From positions 4,402,001 to 4,466,000 of the forward strand of contig CM102287.1 of NCBI GenBank assembly GCA_046563655.1: a stretch of 64,000 nt of DNA. The letters are read 5' to 3'. Position 1 is the stretch's first letter. Each line of letters opens with the position of its first letter. The position numbers and the translations under genes were made by a program. The stretch is from Yuukianura sp. NJ FZ-2021 (taxonomy: Eukaryota). The notes under the pieces are model-generated. The model saw nothing but the letters and a program-made list of their open reading frames with translations, made no database searches and was not told where the DNA came from. Shown in pieces: positions 1-12,081 of this stretch.

Positions 1-1412
1 TAATACATCGGCTACCACGGCTCCTCAGCCGTTTGGATCCACCACGACTCCAGCATTTGGATCCACAGTGCCAGCTTTTGGTTCCAGTGGAACTGCACCG
101 GCGTTTGGTACTCCAAATACTGGATTTAACTTTGGAGCTCAATCTCAAACAACGTCCAGTGCTGCCGCTGCCGGATCTACGACTGCAGGTTGGTTAATGT
201 TCTCAATTCAATTACCAGTTGATCCTCGCATCGTCGCATCTAAGTGAGAACTATTTTTATTTATCTATTTTTTTACTTTTTACAGTAACAAACAATACTT
301 CAGGATTTGGCGGGGGTATGCAACAATCGCAGTCAAATTTCGGCGGAGTAATGCAACAAACCCAGTCTCAGTCATCCCCGTTTGGAACTAATGTCAATAC
401 CACCACAACAACACCAGCAGGATTTAATTTTACTTCTACACAACCGACTACTGTTTCTACTGCGTCAGGATTTGGAACTTCAGTTCCAGCATTTGGTTCA
501 ACTACTCCAGCACCTGCGTTTGGTTCAACTACAACACCAGCACCAGCGTTTGGTTCAACTACAACACCAGCATTTGGTTCAACTACAGCACCAGCATTTG
601 GTTCAACTACAGCACCAACATTTGGAGGTGCAACAACGGCGCCTACGTTTGGGGCTCAAAACACCGGAGGATTTAACTTTGGAGCTCAGGCTTCGACAAC
701 CACTGGCCAAACAGCAGCCACGTCCTTGACGTCAGGTACTGAGCGAAATCTTGAATCCATTTGCTTCGTAATTTTGCTCTGATTAAGTTCATAATTGTAT
801 ATTATGTTTGTCTTTTCAGCATCAACCTTCGGAACTGGAACGAGTTCACCAGCACCAGCGTTTGGAAGTAATTCTACAACGGCTGGAACTGGGTCAACTT
901 TTGGTTTCACATCTACACCAACTACTTTCGCTTCTACAACTTCCCAGCCGTTTGGTTCTTCAACTCCAGCCTTTGGATCCACGGTGCCAGCGTTTGGTAC
1001 CACTTCACCGACACCGGCTTTTGGAGCTCCAAGTCCGAGCACAGGATTTAACTTTGGATCTCCAGCTCCAGTAACTTCTGCCACCACGGGTCCTACTTTT
1101 GGTGGATCATTTGGAGCACCACAACCACAAGCTACTACTGGATTCAATTTTGGTAGCCAAGCCACCTCCACGCCGCCAGCATTTGGTGCATCAAATCAAC
1201 AAGCTCCTTCAGCACCCTTTCAATTTGGAGCAACGGCAAACGTACCACAAGGGAGCCCAGGTTTGTAACTTTTTTTGTTGAAATTTTTTCATTAATTTAA
1301 TTATTTGTCTTTTCAAGCAGGATTTGCAGCGCAACAGCCGCAAATGTTTACGGTTGGCGGATCTTCTCCGTCAACTCGGCGTCCAATGGGTCGTGGACGA
1401 AGGTATCGCTAG
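1..1412 (+). CDS. FG-repeat nucleoporin, C-terminal part (Nup153/POM121-type); 5'-partial; exons <1-188, 286-735, 820-1260, 1321-1412
   Basis: All three introns are GT-AG and phase 1, giving a continuous frame. The protein is S/T/P/G-rich with many PAFG, FNFG and TFG motifs. It ends ...PQMFTVGGSSPSTRRPMGRGRRYR* (TAG 1410-1412), a basic tail like those of Nup153 and POM121. The last acceptor is a NAGNAG (AAGCAG 1315-1320). Confidence 0.85.
487..650 (+). repeat. Coding tandem repeat of 24-30 bp units encoding PAFGSTT(T/A)
   Basis: Repeated ccagcatttggttcaactac(a/t) units inside nucleoporin exon 286-735. Confidence 0.85.
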
Positions 1413-1719
1413 ACGAACCTAAAATCGTAAACTGCAATGACAGACAGAAGACAAAAAATTGAATGAATTAAAAATTGAAGACTGTAAGCTCACAAGTTGA
1501 AACGCTGTCGTCATCAGTTAAGTAATTAACTTAAATACCTGAGAATATTGCTTTCTCTTGTTCATAGGATTTCATTTTATGAATTGATTTCCTCAAAAAC
1601 TACTGCTGTGCTGTAGCAAGCAGAGAAGAAATGGTGAATTAATTTACAAATCCATTTATTAACGTCTTTGTTTTTTAAGATTTATTCTAAAAAGGAAAAA
1701 AATGTTCTAAATTTGAAGT

Positions 1720-1725
1720 AATAAA
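1720..1725 (+). terminator. Candidate poly(A) signal of the nucleoporin gene
   Basis: AATAAA about 310 nt after the stop codon, followed by T-rich sequence. Confidence 0.5.
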
Positions 1726-2190
1726 CTTTATGTCCATTACTTCTCATTTCGATTTTCTCATGAAAAGAGTTTATTAATAAGCAAAAAATTCCAATTTTCT
1801 CCTTCGATGACTCAAAGGAGAAAGGGACAAGTAAAGTTCACATTTACTTTTCTTGGAGAGTGAACGAAGGAGAAATGAGGGTTGTTCGCTTGTAAATATT
1901 TTACCCGGGTTTCAGTTGATTAGGATTTGGCGAGTGGAAATTCGAAATAGTTTTTTTTTGTCTAGAAGACACAAATTAATGGTTCAAGTGAAGTGGGAGA
2001 ACCCGGCCCACTATCACCGTATGAAATATGCAAGTGAACGCGTAGTGTATAGATTTTTTGGTGGATCTAAATTGGATTTTAGTTTGAGTGTAGCAGGAAA
2101 CAGCAAATGGCAAAAGTAGTGGATTGGAATGGACAGGACCAACGGGCTGCTCAACTTTCTCCCATTTAGAACGCTGGAATAGCGCTGGAA

Positions 2191-2352
2191 GTGAATTTGA
2201 ATTCAGTTGGACTCGGAGAAAGTTGCTGGAAGCGACTGACTGCTCATCCGTTTTGGTATTGGTTGCTTCAGGGCAGCTTTACTGGAAACTACTACAGGAA
2301 AACAAGAAAAAATCAAGCAATCTCTGCAGACCACTCTTGTTCCAGAAAACAG
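2191..2352 (+). other. Candidate 5' (probably non-coding) exon of Hyperkinetic; start position uncertain
   Basis: Good donor CAG|GTACGT at 2353. The frame compatible with exon 7621 has an upstream TGA and no ATG. Confidence 0.3.
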
Positions 2353-5300
2353 GTACGTTTTTGCTCGTCTTTTCATCTTGTTTATTACTTTACGTTTTTT
2401 TCTGGTTCAGGTTGAGGTAGGGGAACTTTCACTTTAATGGATTCTCTTTTACTACGTTTCGGTTGTACTGCTGACCTCTACTCTAAAGTTTACCTTATCC
2501 TTTATTTTGCGCTTTGGTTCAAAAAAAGTGAAAAGGAAATACACTTGGCACACGTCCTGACAGTGAGAACAGATTTAGGAGATCATAAAAACTCACAAAA
2601 ACTAGGGCTTTTTGTGGAAGTGGACTAATTTTTGCGCATTTTTCCTGCAGAGATCAACTCAACTTTCACTTTTTTCACTTATTGTTTTCAACATTCGAAG
2701 AAAGTCAGGGGAAGGAGCGTTTTTGTTTTTTGGAAGTTACGATTTTGTTTTATGCAAGATTCGAACTTACTGTTTCAATGTTATGTTGAAGTGGTATTAT
2801 GTTAGGCTAAGTTATGTTTTGTGGCGAAAGGTATGCTTTATGTTAGGTTAGCTTGTTTTGTTATGTAAGTTATGTTCGTGTTGGGCTAGCTTATGTTTTA
2901 TGTAAGTGATGTTTATGGTAGGTTTTTACGAGGTATTGGATATGGGAATATTTGGATCGACCGAGGATTTTGATTCTTTGAGGTTCCGGCTTTGGTTGGC
3001 ATCATGCCGTCACTTATCGATTCCCATTTGTAAATGATATGTGACTTGGAATTTTGTTAAAGTGATGCATTATAGTCGCGCAGTGCCGCAGGTGAAGTCC
3101 ATCACACAGCACTAGCAATCTAAGGTTAGAAAGAAAGTCTAATGTTTTAGCCTAGGTTTACAATAGTGCAGAATGACCAGAGTCCAGGAAGGAATGTGAG
3201 CAATTTGTCCGAGTTGATTGGGACACGGAGAAAGGGACGGCAGAGCTCCGTCTTGCCGGACAAGCGACACACGTTCTAGTGCTGGAAGCCATTTCCCATC
3301 CTGTCTCCATTTGGGACACTTTTGTCCTAGTGTTGGTCCCAGATTGACAAAACCTCTTTTTTTTTCTTGGTGAACTTCTTTTTCCAGAAGAGAAAGTTCG
3401 ATTGTGGATGGTGAAAGTGCTTATTATTCCAACGGCGTGTCCACTTTTTCCCTATGGTTTGAAGTGTTTTTGTGGCCTTGAGGCAAAAGAAAGTTCAATT
3501 GGTTCCGGTTATCTAAAATTCTGCTCATAATTTATCGAATTTTAGACCCAAAACTTTCTACTTTCTCTTAAAAGTTAACTAAATTTTCCCTAACATTTCA
3601 AGCGTTTGAAGTTTCTTGCAGATACATTTATGGTGAAAGTGGGAATTCCAAATGTTCAAAGTGGGAATTGGAGGTCAATGGCCTCAATTTTGGTTTTAGT
3701 ATTTGACCCCTGAAAGGTGTTGACCTCTGACCTCGTAGTTGTTAAGGTTAGGTTTTTGTGTGGAAAGTTGTAAAGGAAATTTGTATATTTGGTATTTGGA
3801 GAAAGTGGAAGTGGTTTGAGTTCTTCTTTCGCTTTGCCGCACCTGAACTAGTTCGTGTGCCTGCATTGCAGTACTATGGGAAAGTTAGGTTAGGGCAGGC
3901 TTTCCCTTGCGAAACCGAACTTTCTCCTCCTATTCTCTCCTTGTTGTTGATTCAGAGAGTAATTGGAGTCTTCTGGAATGGGCCATTCCATGGTACTCAG
4001 AATTCTTCCTGTAGCTAAGGGCTGTGTTGAAAGGAGTCAAAACAAACCATACGATTCCTCCCTTGTGACACTCCGCTTTTTAATTAAAGTTGAAAAACAG
4101 TACTACTCGTTTTACTGGAATTAGAAACACCTTGTTCCTTTGAAAGTTTTCAGAGTTCCTAATTTCTAAAATTTTGAAAACATTGGAAATTTGGAAAACG
4201 GAAATTCTGAGTGGAGCTGTTTTGCATTTCAAGTCCCTTTGAGTTGTTAATAGAATCTGTCTTTTGGCGAAGGAATTTGCTCTTCTCTTTGTTGGGATCG
4301 TTAGGTTATGAATTATTAATTGAGCTTGGATTTGATTAGGTTTTTCTTGAGAAACTAACCTATTCTAGGCATATTCATGTTAGGTTGGACAAATTTATTT
4401 CAGGACGACAAAGTGTCACGCTGGAGCAAAGTTATGGAGTGACGGAGTACTATTGCTGAAGTTGGCTATGTTAAATTTTTTTTCCTTAGTTTGAATTTCG
4501 AAAATTCTTCAAAATTGTAACAAGACAGGAGGAGCAGATGCTTCTGCCGGAGTTTTGATTTTCTCTAACAAAGGAGTTGGACAGAAAGGAAGCCGGAATT
4601 GTTCCGAGTTTGTTACGGATTCAATGGGAAAGCGGGAAATTCCACTTTTGCAAAAACGAAAGGCTTATTCTGGAAGGATTCTGAGATTTTGTGAAAGGGA
4701 AAGTCAAGGTGTGGTTCATAAATTATGTAGTAAATGGCACAGACAGGATTTGGCTAACTTTGTCTCCTAAATTTTCATGTCTTCTCGCTTCGTTTTTTAA
4801 AACAAAGTTTTTAAATTTTATTTTCTCCAGTTTTTTAAGAATTTTGAAATGAATGTGGTAGGCAGTGGCCAAGAAATTAAGAGGCTGTGAGTGAAATTAG
4901 TTCCAAGTGGTTCTAAACTGAAACTTATGGTTACTGCCAGTACTTCAATGTTACCCTAGCAGAGCTTAAATAAGCTCCTCTCCTACTTCGGGTGAAGAAT
5001 GGAGATGAGACTTCGTGCCAACATTTTTGGAAAAGTCCTTAAACGAGCAAATGATAAGAGAGAAAAGAAGCACCGCGGCGATACGGCCGCTGCGGTCCTT
5101 CTTGAAGTTCGCAGCGGTGGGAGAAAGCTTGTTCCAGGCTTACGTCCTGCTGGGGAGCTGTTGTAAAAACCCGGTTTTGAGCTCAAAAGTAGTCTTCATT
5201 TACAGGGGAACAGTGACGGTGGTGCACTTGCACCTTTGCCTCCACATTTCAAAATTTCAGTGAAAGGGAAAATTTTGAAAAATTTACGATTTACTACTGC

Positions 5301-7666
5301 ACTTGGTTGAGAACCACACGTTCTCCAGGTGAGTTCTGACCTCGTGACACCAGAATTCAGAAAAAGTTTTGGAATTTTTAAAATTTCGGAGAAAGCAAAC
5401 TTTCTTTTCCAGTAGGGTAGTTCTGCTCTTTGTTTTTTCTTCCACGAATGCTATTCTTCAATCAAATTTGAAAAGCTTTTTAAAGAAAGAACTTTCAAAC
5501 TTTCCTTTTTCAAAGAAAAACTTTTGTTTTATTTCTGTTCCTTTGTGGAAATTTACTTTTATCGATTCACGGTATGCAAAATGAGAGTGAAAATTTAAAA
5601 CAGGAGAGCGCAAATTTTGTACAAAATTGGAAATTTAATAAGTTGCAAAGCGAAAGGCATGTGAAGTTCGGGCAATGCAATTTAGGTTAAGATTAGCTTA
5701 AGTTAGGCTGAATTTTCCTTACTATTGTATAATTTTCGTATTTTAATGACAATTGTAAGCGTACATCAGTAGCATCTGTTGATGTCACGGTTGATGGGAT
5801 TAGTGGTTTACGTGGTTTCGCAATAAGGTTTCCTTTATCCTCCTGCTGGTGCTGAAGGTGTCAGATTTCAATTAGTTTTGTGTTGTCGGAGTTGTTTCTC
5901 AAAGTTTTCCGCCGAAAGAGCTGAAGTGAAAGTTTGTTCTGTTCTCTTCCTGGACAAGTTAAAAAAAAGTGTAGCTAGAAAATGGATTCTGGATTCAATG
6001 TCCCGGATCCGCAACTTTTTAGAAAAAGCGGAACCAAAATGGAATTTGTACCGAATTTCTTTGTTTGATGATAAGGGGGAAGTTGAGTAGAAAGTGGCGT
6101 TGTGGGATGTTTAGTTATTTTCTCCATTTCAGTTCAGTGAATTCCACTTTCGCCAATTTCTGGCACAATTCCCTGGGATGCGGATGGAGAAAACTCCTGT
6201 TTTTAGTCTCCCCTTTTTAGATAACAGAATAATGGGTTTATAACACGCTGTTTACAAGACATTGCATTTCCTCCCTCTCACTCTCTACTTTTATTTTTCC
6301 AAAATTGTTGGAAAATATCTTTTCTAAACAGCCGCAGAGCTTGGGACCGCAGCAGCATTGCGTCTTTTCCTGGTTAGAAAAGCTTGAAACAAAAAAATTG
6401 GTCGCAACGCAGCCTTTAGCGCCAGTGAAATTTTTTTCTGGATTCAAAATTAGTAAAAATTTGTTTGTAAACGAGATGAGGAATACCACATATCCGACAA
6501 TTTCAACGGCAAATTCGGATAACGCGCCATTGTGGCGTTAAAGTTTAAAAAATTTGAAGTTTAATTAAAGTTAGAAGTGGGTAGCTGCATGCAATTTGAT
6601 AATTCGGACTTCACTGTAAAGTTAGGGGATTTTTCCGTTTTTTTTAAAGCGATCTGATAGAACGGGAAATTTATGGTACTGCAGCGTCTGGTCGCTGGAA
6701 GTGGTTTGATGGCCCACCTAGGAATTTTATGGCACGTTATGTCAAAGACCTCGTGACAAAACGACTTCGTACGTCGTTTCAATTCGTCATTTGCATTAAA
6801 CTAACTTCATGTTAGTTTCAGAGGATACTTTCGAAAAGTGAAAGTTATTCAGGCAAGAAATTTTTTGAGAAAGATTTTTTTGGAAGCATTTTTTCCTGTT
6901 TTGGCATAAGGAACACTTCATGCTCATTCAAATTTTTCTTTCTGGAAGGGGGATCTCCATTTCTTTTTACAAACTGCCCAAAAGGATTTTGGTTTGGATC
7001 CACTTCCGGTTGAGAATTCGGACTGGATTTGTAACTGCGAGATATTTTCTTGGACAGGCGTCATTTGAGTTGGAGACAGACTGAGAAATGCCTTGAACTT
7101 GAGTGGAATTGAAAAGTGGCCAAGAGTGGTCTACTGCCAAAAGGAAGCTGCTTATGATTCTTAACTCCACCCGGGTTTTGGTTGAGATTCAAGTAGTTCA
7201 CTTAAGTACGTTTTGAAGAAGCCCCAGGATTTGTCTTTGAGATCCCAAGATTAGTTACTCAGTTGAGACCCACTCCAGTTGTGTCAATAGTAGTCAATTT
7301 CCCTCACAACCAATTACGCTCAAACTGCGTTCAGAACACTTTTTAGAACAAAAACACTGCTAAAACTTGAAATGGACAGAAATGATCCGCAAAAGCCACA
7401 TAAACTGATCGAGATCTGCAGAAAAGTGAATTTTTGACCCCAGTTGTGAAAGGAATAATTTTCTGGGTGGCGTCATGGACAGGTAGTTCACCCAGTACTT
7501 TTTTAAACTCGGTTATGAAACTAAATAGCGCGACTTTAAACCACAAGTCAAATTATATACCACCTAGTCTGAATTTTTTTTAAATATATTTTAAAATGTT
7601 CCGTATTTTGTTTCACCTAGAACTTCAGCGACGCCGCCGCAAGTAGTATGCCCCGACGAAATCCAC

Positions 7667-10600
7667 ATGGAACAACTGTACCTCCGAGCCTCTTCCGACA
7701 CGACGGTTGATTCAGACTATGTCAACGGAACGCTCGGCATGACCCCGCAACCCTCACCGCTCCCCAATATCTCCCGCAGTCCAGTTCCTGGAATCACATA
7801 CCGAAACCTCGGGAAAAGTGGCCTCAAAGTGTCCAACTTAGGCCTAGCAACATGGATGCTTGGAGCCGAGACTCCAGAAACACTGGAGAGTGTAGTGACC
7901 TTGGCCTACGACAGTGGAATCAATGTCTTTGACTTGTCTGAAGCCTACTCTGGCACAGCATGTGAAACTGAACTTGGGAAAATACTCAAACGACGCAACT
8001 GGAGAAGAACGTCCTACGTGATTCTAGTCAAAATTTATTGGACTTCAAAGTAAGGAGGCTGTGATTTCATTTCCGATCACTTTAGTGAAGCAGAACGTTG
8101 TGTAGAGGGCGGAAAGAAGCTTAGACTGGCAGGCCGTGTAATGGAAAAAGAGATTTAAAAAAAAGACGGAAATTCAATTTAAAATATTGTCACTCTGCCA
8201 ATTGTGTTAAGATGAGTTAAAGACTCGCTATTCAACTCAACACGTGGAATTTTAGTTCTTTTTTTCGTAACGCTGCGGGAGAAAAACACATTTCTTTCTT
8301 CAAAGAAAAAATTTATTTCGAAAAAAGTTTCAAAGTACTTACGATCCAAAGTAGCACAAATTTTGCGTTGCTGCACTTTGAAACTTTTTCGCTATTTTGT
8401 TGAAGTGACAAGTTGACACATTTGTCACGAATAAACATGCAGGAATAGTTACACTATTGAAAAGTTTTGGCAGTTGTTTTGAAAACATTCTTGAACAAAC
8501 AACAAACAGAATTTTTGGAAATGATTTAAATTATTTTATGATGATGTTTTGTGGTTTTTAGGTGTGAAGAAAGGGCCTTGTCTCGGAAGTACATTGTGGA
8601 CTCTGTAAAGAAGTCATTGGAACGCCTGGACTTGGACTTTATTGACGTTGTGATCATTCATAGAGCAGATTCCATGTGCCCAATGGAAGGTTAGTTCAAG
8701 AGTACTTCAACACTTCAATTGAACACTTCAATTTTATTAAACCATTTCAAAAGAGAGAAAGAATTTGGAAATTGAGTAATTTGACCTTTGACTTCTATTG
8801 CAGAAATTGTGCGAGCTATGACCCATGTGATAAGTAACGGTTGGGCAATGTACTGGGGAACAAGCAAATGGACACCCGTCGAAATCATGGAAGCGTAAGA
8901 AGCTACTTAATTTCAACTTTTATTGAACTTGTAAACTGCAAAAAAATTCGAAATGAAAATTGAGTTCAAAAATGGAAATGGGAATGAGTTGACAAAAATT
9001 TTATGAACTTTCTTTTAATGTTTTCTGTTACTTTTTTTTAATAAAGAAACGTGTATGCAAGTATTGAAGTTGATTTTTTTTTAATTTTGCAGATATTCGA
9101 ATTGCAGACAGTTCAACTGCATCACACCAATCGTTGAACAGGCAGAGTATCATTTCTTCTGTCGCGACAAGGCTGAGCTGTACATGGCCGAACTCTACAG
9201 CAAAATTGGTACGGGGCTCTGGGGATTCTGGGCTTCAGGGGAAGCGGACTTTCTCCGCTTTCACTGTCATCCATCACCTTCACCTGCTGACCCGACTACT
9301 CCTTTCCAGAAAGTCCAAATCTCACATTTCACTGTACTTCCGCATCAATTTGAGCCTAATGCTTCCTTTATCCCGTCCCCACCAACCTTCTCCAGGAAGT
9401 CCACTGACAGTCCTTATCCACTGTCCAAAATAAAATGACCCCATGAGTCATGTCACTTCGGAACATGATCACTCCCTTGTCACCCGTTTTCTGTTTCACA
9501 CGATGTGTCACCTAACCTAAAACTTAGTCGTCTGGCTTCATTTGTCCCATTTCTATCTTAGCTTAACGTTTTCTTTAATAAAGTCAAAGATTATCCTGAA
9601 GACACCTTTGTGTTTCAGGAGTTGGACTGACGACATGGGCTCCTGTGACGATGAACTTCAACAAATTGTTTGGCGGAAAGACGCCTGAAGATGCTCTCAC
9701 TTTTACCTTTAGAACTTCATTCAGAGTAAGATTTTTTCCGAAAGTGAATAAATTTCTAATTAAAATTGTGTGAAATATAGTAGTTTAAAGTTTAAACCTG
9801 TATTTTTTAAAGTATTTTTTAAAATTCAAAATAATAATTTTTTTTAAACTAAAATTGAAATTTTGAAAACTCATATTCAAGAAATGTCTTTTGAATGGAT
9901 TAATCCATCAACTTTTGCATCCATTCAAATTCAGCTTGTTTTGCGTTAGTTTGAAGAATTTGCAGCGTCTCGAATTGGCAAAAACGCTGCGTCTTTAAGC
10001 GTGTTTGAATAGGGCAGAGATTCCGAGTGCAAGTGGGATTTGAGATAGGGTAATGTACGGAGCAAAAAGGGCTTCCCCCCTCGTCCTTTGTTGTGCCGCC
10101 GAGGCGAGTGCCGGGAAAAAAAAAATAAAAATTGAGAGTGGCAGGGAAACTTTTGGAGCCGTACGATCCCCTTGCAGCTCCTGACACTTTTCAGAAGACT
10201 CCTCAATTTCACCATGTATTTTTTCTCTCTCAGAAAAATACAAAATTTAAAAAATTTTAAAATTCATATCTCCAAAACGAAATGTGTTAGAGTTATTTCC
10301 CTTCGCGAATAAATTCAGAAAAATGTGCAGAATTTTGCAAGGTGGAAATTTTGCAACTTTTGCAAAAACTCCAAACCGTTGGAAATTCCTATCTCGTGAA
10401 CGGAATGCATTAGAGAGCTAGAGCTAATCTCTTCGCGAATACACTCAGAAAAATGCAGAATTTTGCAAAGAAGATAATAGCGCTGGGAAGCAATTTGTTC
10501 GTAAGATATGAATTTGCAAAGTTGTTTCGAATTTTGGAATATTTTGTATGGAGATAGTTTGAATGGATGAAAAAGTTGAGGGATTAATCCATTCAAAAGT

Positions 10601-12081
10601 GGCCGCTTCTTGGCTCAACTTTTTCAGTCTGATGGTGGACTGCTGTTGTACTGATGGTGTACTGATGCTGTGCTGATGTTGTACTGATCGAAGGAATGAA
10701 TCAAAAAATGGTTCTGCTTCTCAAGCAGAACCATATTTCCGTTTTTATAAATTTCTAAAAATTTCAACTTTGTTGCAATTTCTGTGACCCTTTAGTCCGG
10801 TTCACGTTGCAAAACAACATTTCGCATAATTTGGTCCAAAAATTTTGCAAAAAACGCACCATCAAAATTTTGATGAAATTTGAAAAAAATGCAAAGACTA
10901 TAGTCTTTGCTTTTTTTCAAAAATCACCCAAGAACTTTATGTTCCGATTTGACTGTTTTAAAAATTTTTTAAATACTTCATGTCACTCTGAACTTAAACG
11001 CGAAAAGATTAGCTCTCAAATGCATTCCATTCTCGAGATATTAAATTTTAAAGTTTCAGAATTTTTGCAAAATTTTCTAAATTTGCACGGTGCAAAATTC
11101 TGCACATTTTTCCGAATTTATTCGCGAAGAAATTAGCTCTCTAGCACATTTCGTTCTGGAGATATGAAATTTCAAAGTTTTTAAATTTTAAAATTTTCTG
11201 AGAGAGATTTTGCATGGTGAAGTTGAGGAGTCTTCTGAAAAGTGTCCGGAGCTGCAAGGGGATCGTACGGCTCCAAAAGTTTCCCTGCCACTCTCAATTT
11301 TTATTTCTTTTTCCCGGCACTCGCCTTGGCGGTACAACAAAGGACGAGGGGGGAAGCCCTTTTTGCTCCGTATATTCCCCTATCTCAAATCTCACAAAAT
11401 CCCTGTTGCACACAGAATCTCTGCCCTATCCAAACACGCTTAAAGACGCAGCGTTTTTGCACAGTGAGATGTAATTTAATTAATAAATTATTTCACATAT
11501 TTTGTCATTTGCAGAAGAAGTACTCATCCTCTTACAGTTGGAGCAACGATGATGAAGGAACATGTTCCAAAGAGGTAAAACATGAAATTATATTAATAGT
11601 TAAAAAATGATTGTAAAAAAGCGTCATTTTTGAAATACTAAATTGGAAAACTGCTTCTTCTCTTTTAAATTTTGTTTTTGGTGAATTTTAGGCTTGGGGA
11701 AGATCTCTCTCCGTTGAAGACGGAAGTAACCAGAAGCTGCTTCATCAGAAACGAATTTGCAAAGAAATCGGAACCATGGCAGAACGTCATGGATTTTCTC
11801 TAGCTCAATTGTCAATTGCTTGGTGCCTCAAGAATAGCGCAGTTCAGTCAACCCTAGTTGGACCAACGTCGACCCAGGAACTACTCACGTTCCTTCAAGC
11901 TCTACAGGTACTATCAGTATTTTTTGAAAATCAAGAAATTATGATTTTAACTTTAATGATTTTCTGATTTCAGCTTATTCCAAAATTGGGAAGTGCCGTT
12001 ATGTTGGAACTGGAGAAAATTCTGGACAATCGACCAGCTCGTCCTCCAGCCGTTTCTACTCTGTCCTTAAATCAAAGATGA
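7667..12081 (+). CDS. Hk: Voltage-gated K+ channel beta subunit (Hyperkinetic/KCNAB, AKR fold), 402 aa; exons 7667-8049 (acceptor before 7621), 8562-8689, 8804-8894, 9093-9208, 9619-9725, 11515-11574, 11692-11907, 11974-12081
   Basis: Kv-beta signature motifs [84 protein letters not shown]. Splice phases are consistent and the CDS totals 1209 nt. The frame stays open upstream of ATG 7667 to the acceptor, so a longer N-terminus is possible. Confidence 0.93.
9878..10612. repeat. ~50-bp inverted repeat pair (9878-9929 / 10558-10612), MITE-like termini
   Basis: cttttgaatggattaatccatcaacttttgcatccattcaaa is nearly the reverse complement of tttgaatggatgaaaaagttgagggattaatccattcaaaag. Confidence 0.75.
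9978..11460. mobile_element. Large foldback/inverted repeat in an Hk intron: arms ~460 bp (9978-10437 and 10999-11460), spacer ~560 bp
   Basis: The arms are reverse complements of each other. The ORF track shows near-identical spurious peptides on opposite strands (9946-10215 minus vs 11214-11474 plus). Confidence 0.85.
10628..10688. repeat. Short degenerate ~11-bp minisatellite (tgtactgatgg-like)
   Basis: ctgatggtggac tgctgttgta ctgatggtgta ctgatgctgtg ctgatgttgta ctgat. Confidence 0.6.

Noticed and set aside
382..1281. Q/H/L-rich ORFs and the antisense ORF 686-1171
   Set aside because: Alternative-frame and antisense shadows of the repetitive nucleoporin exons.
4999..5166. 55-codon ATG ORF in the Hk first intron
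   Set aside because: No homology recognised and no compatible splice into Hk; the length is expected by chance.
9900..11610. Paired similar ORFs on opposite strands taken as a duplicated gene
   Set aside because: Products of the non-coding inverted repeat with no recognisable protein. Only 11515-11574 is a true exon.
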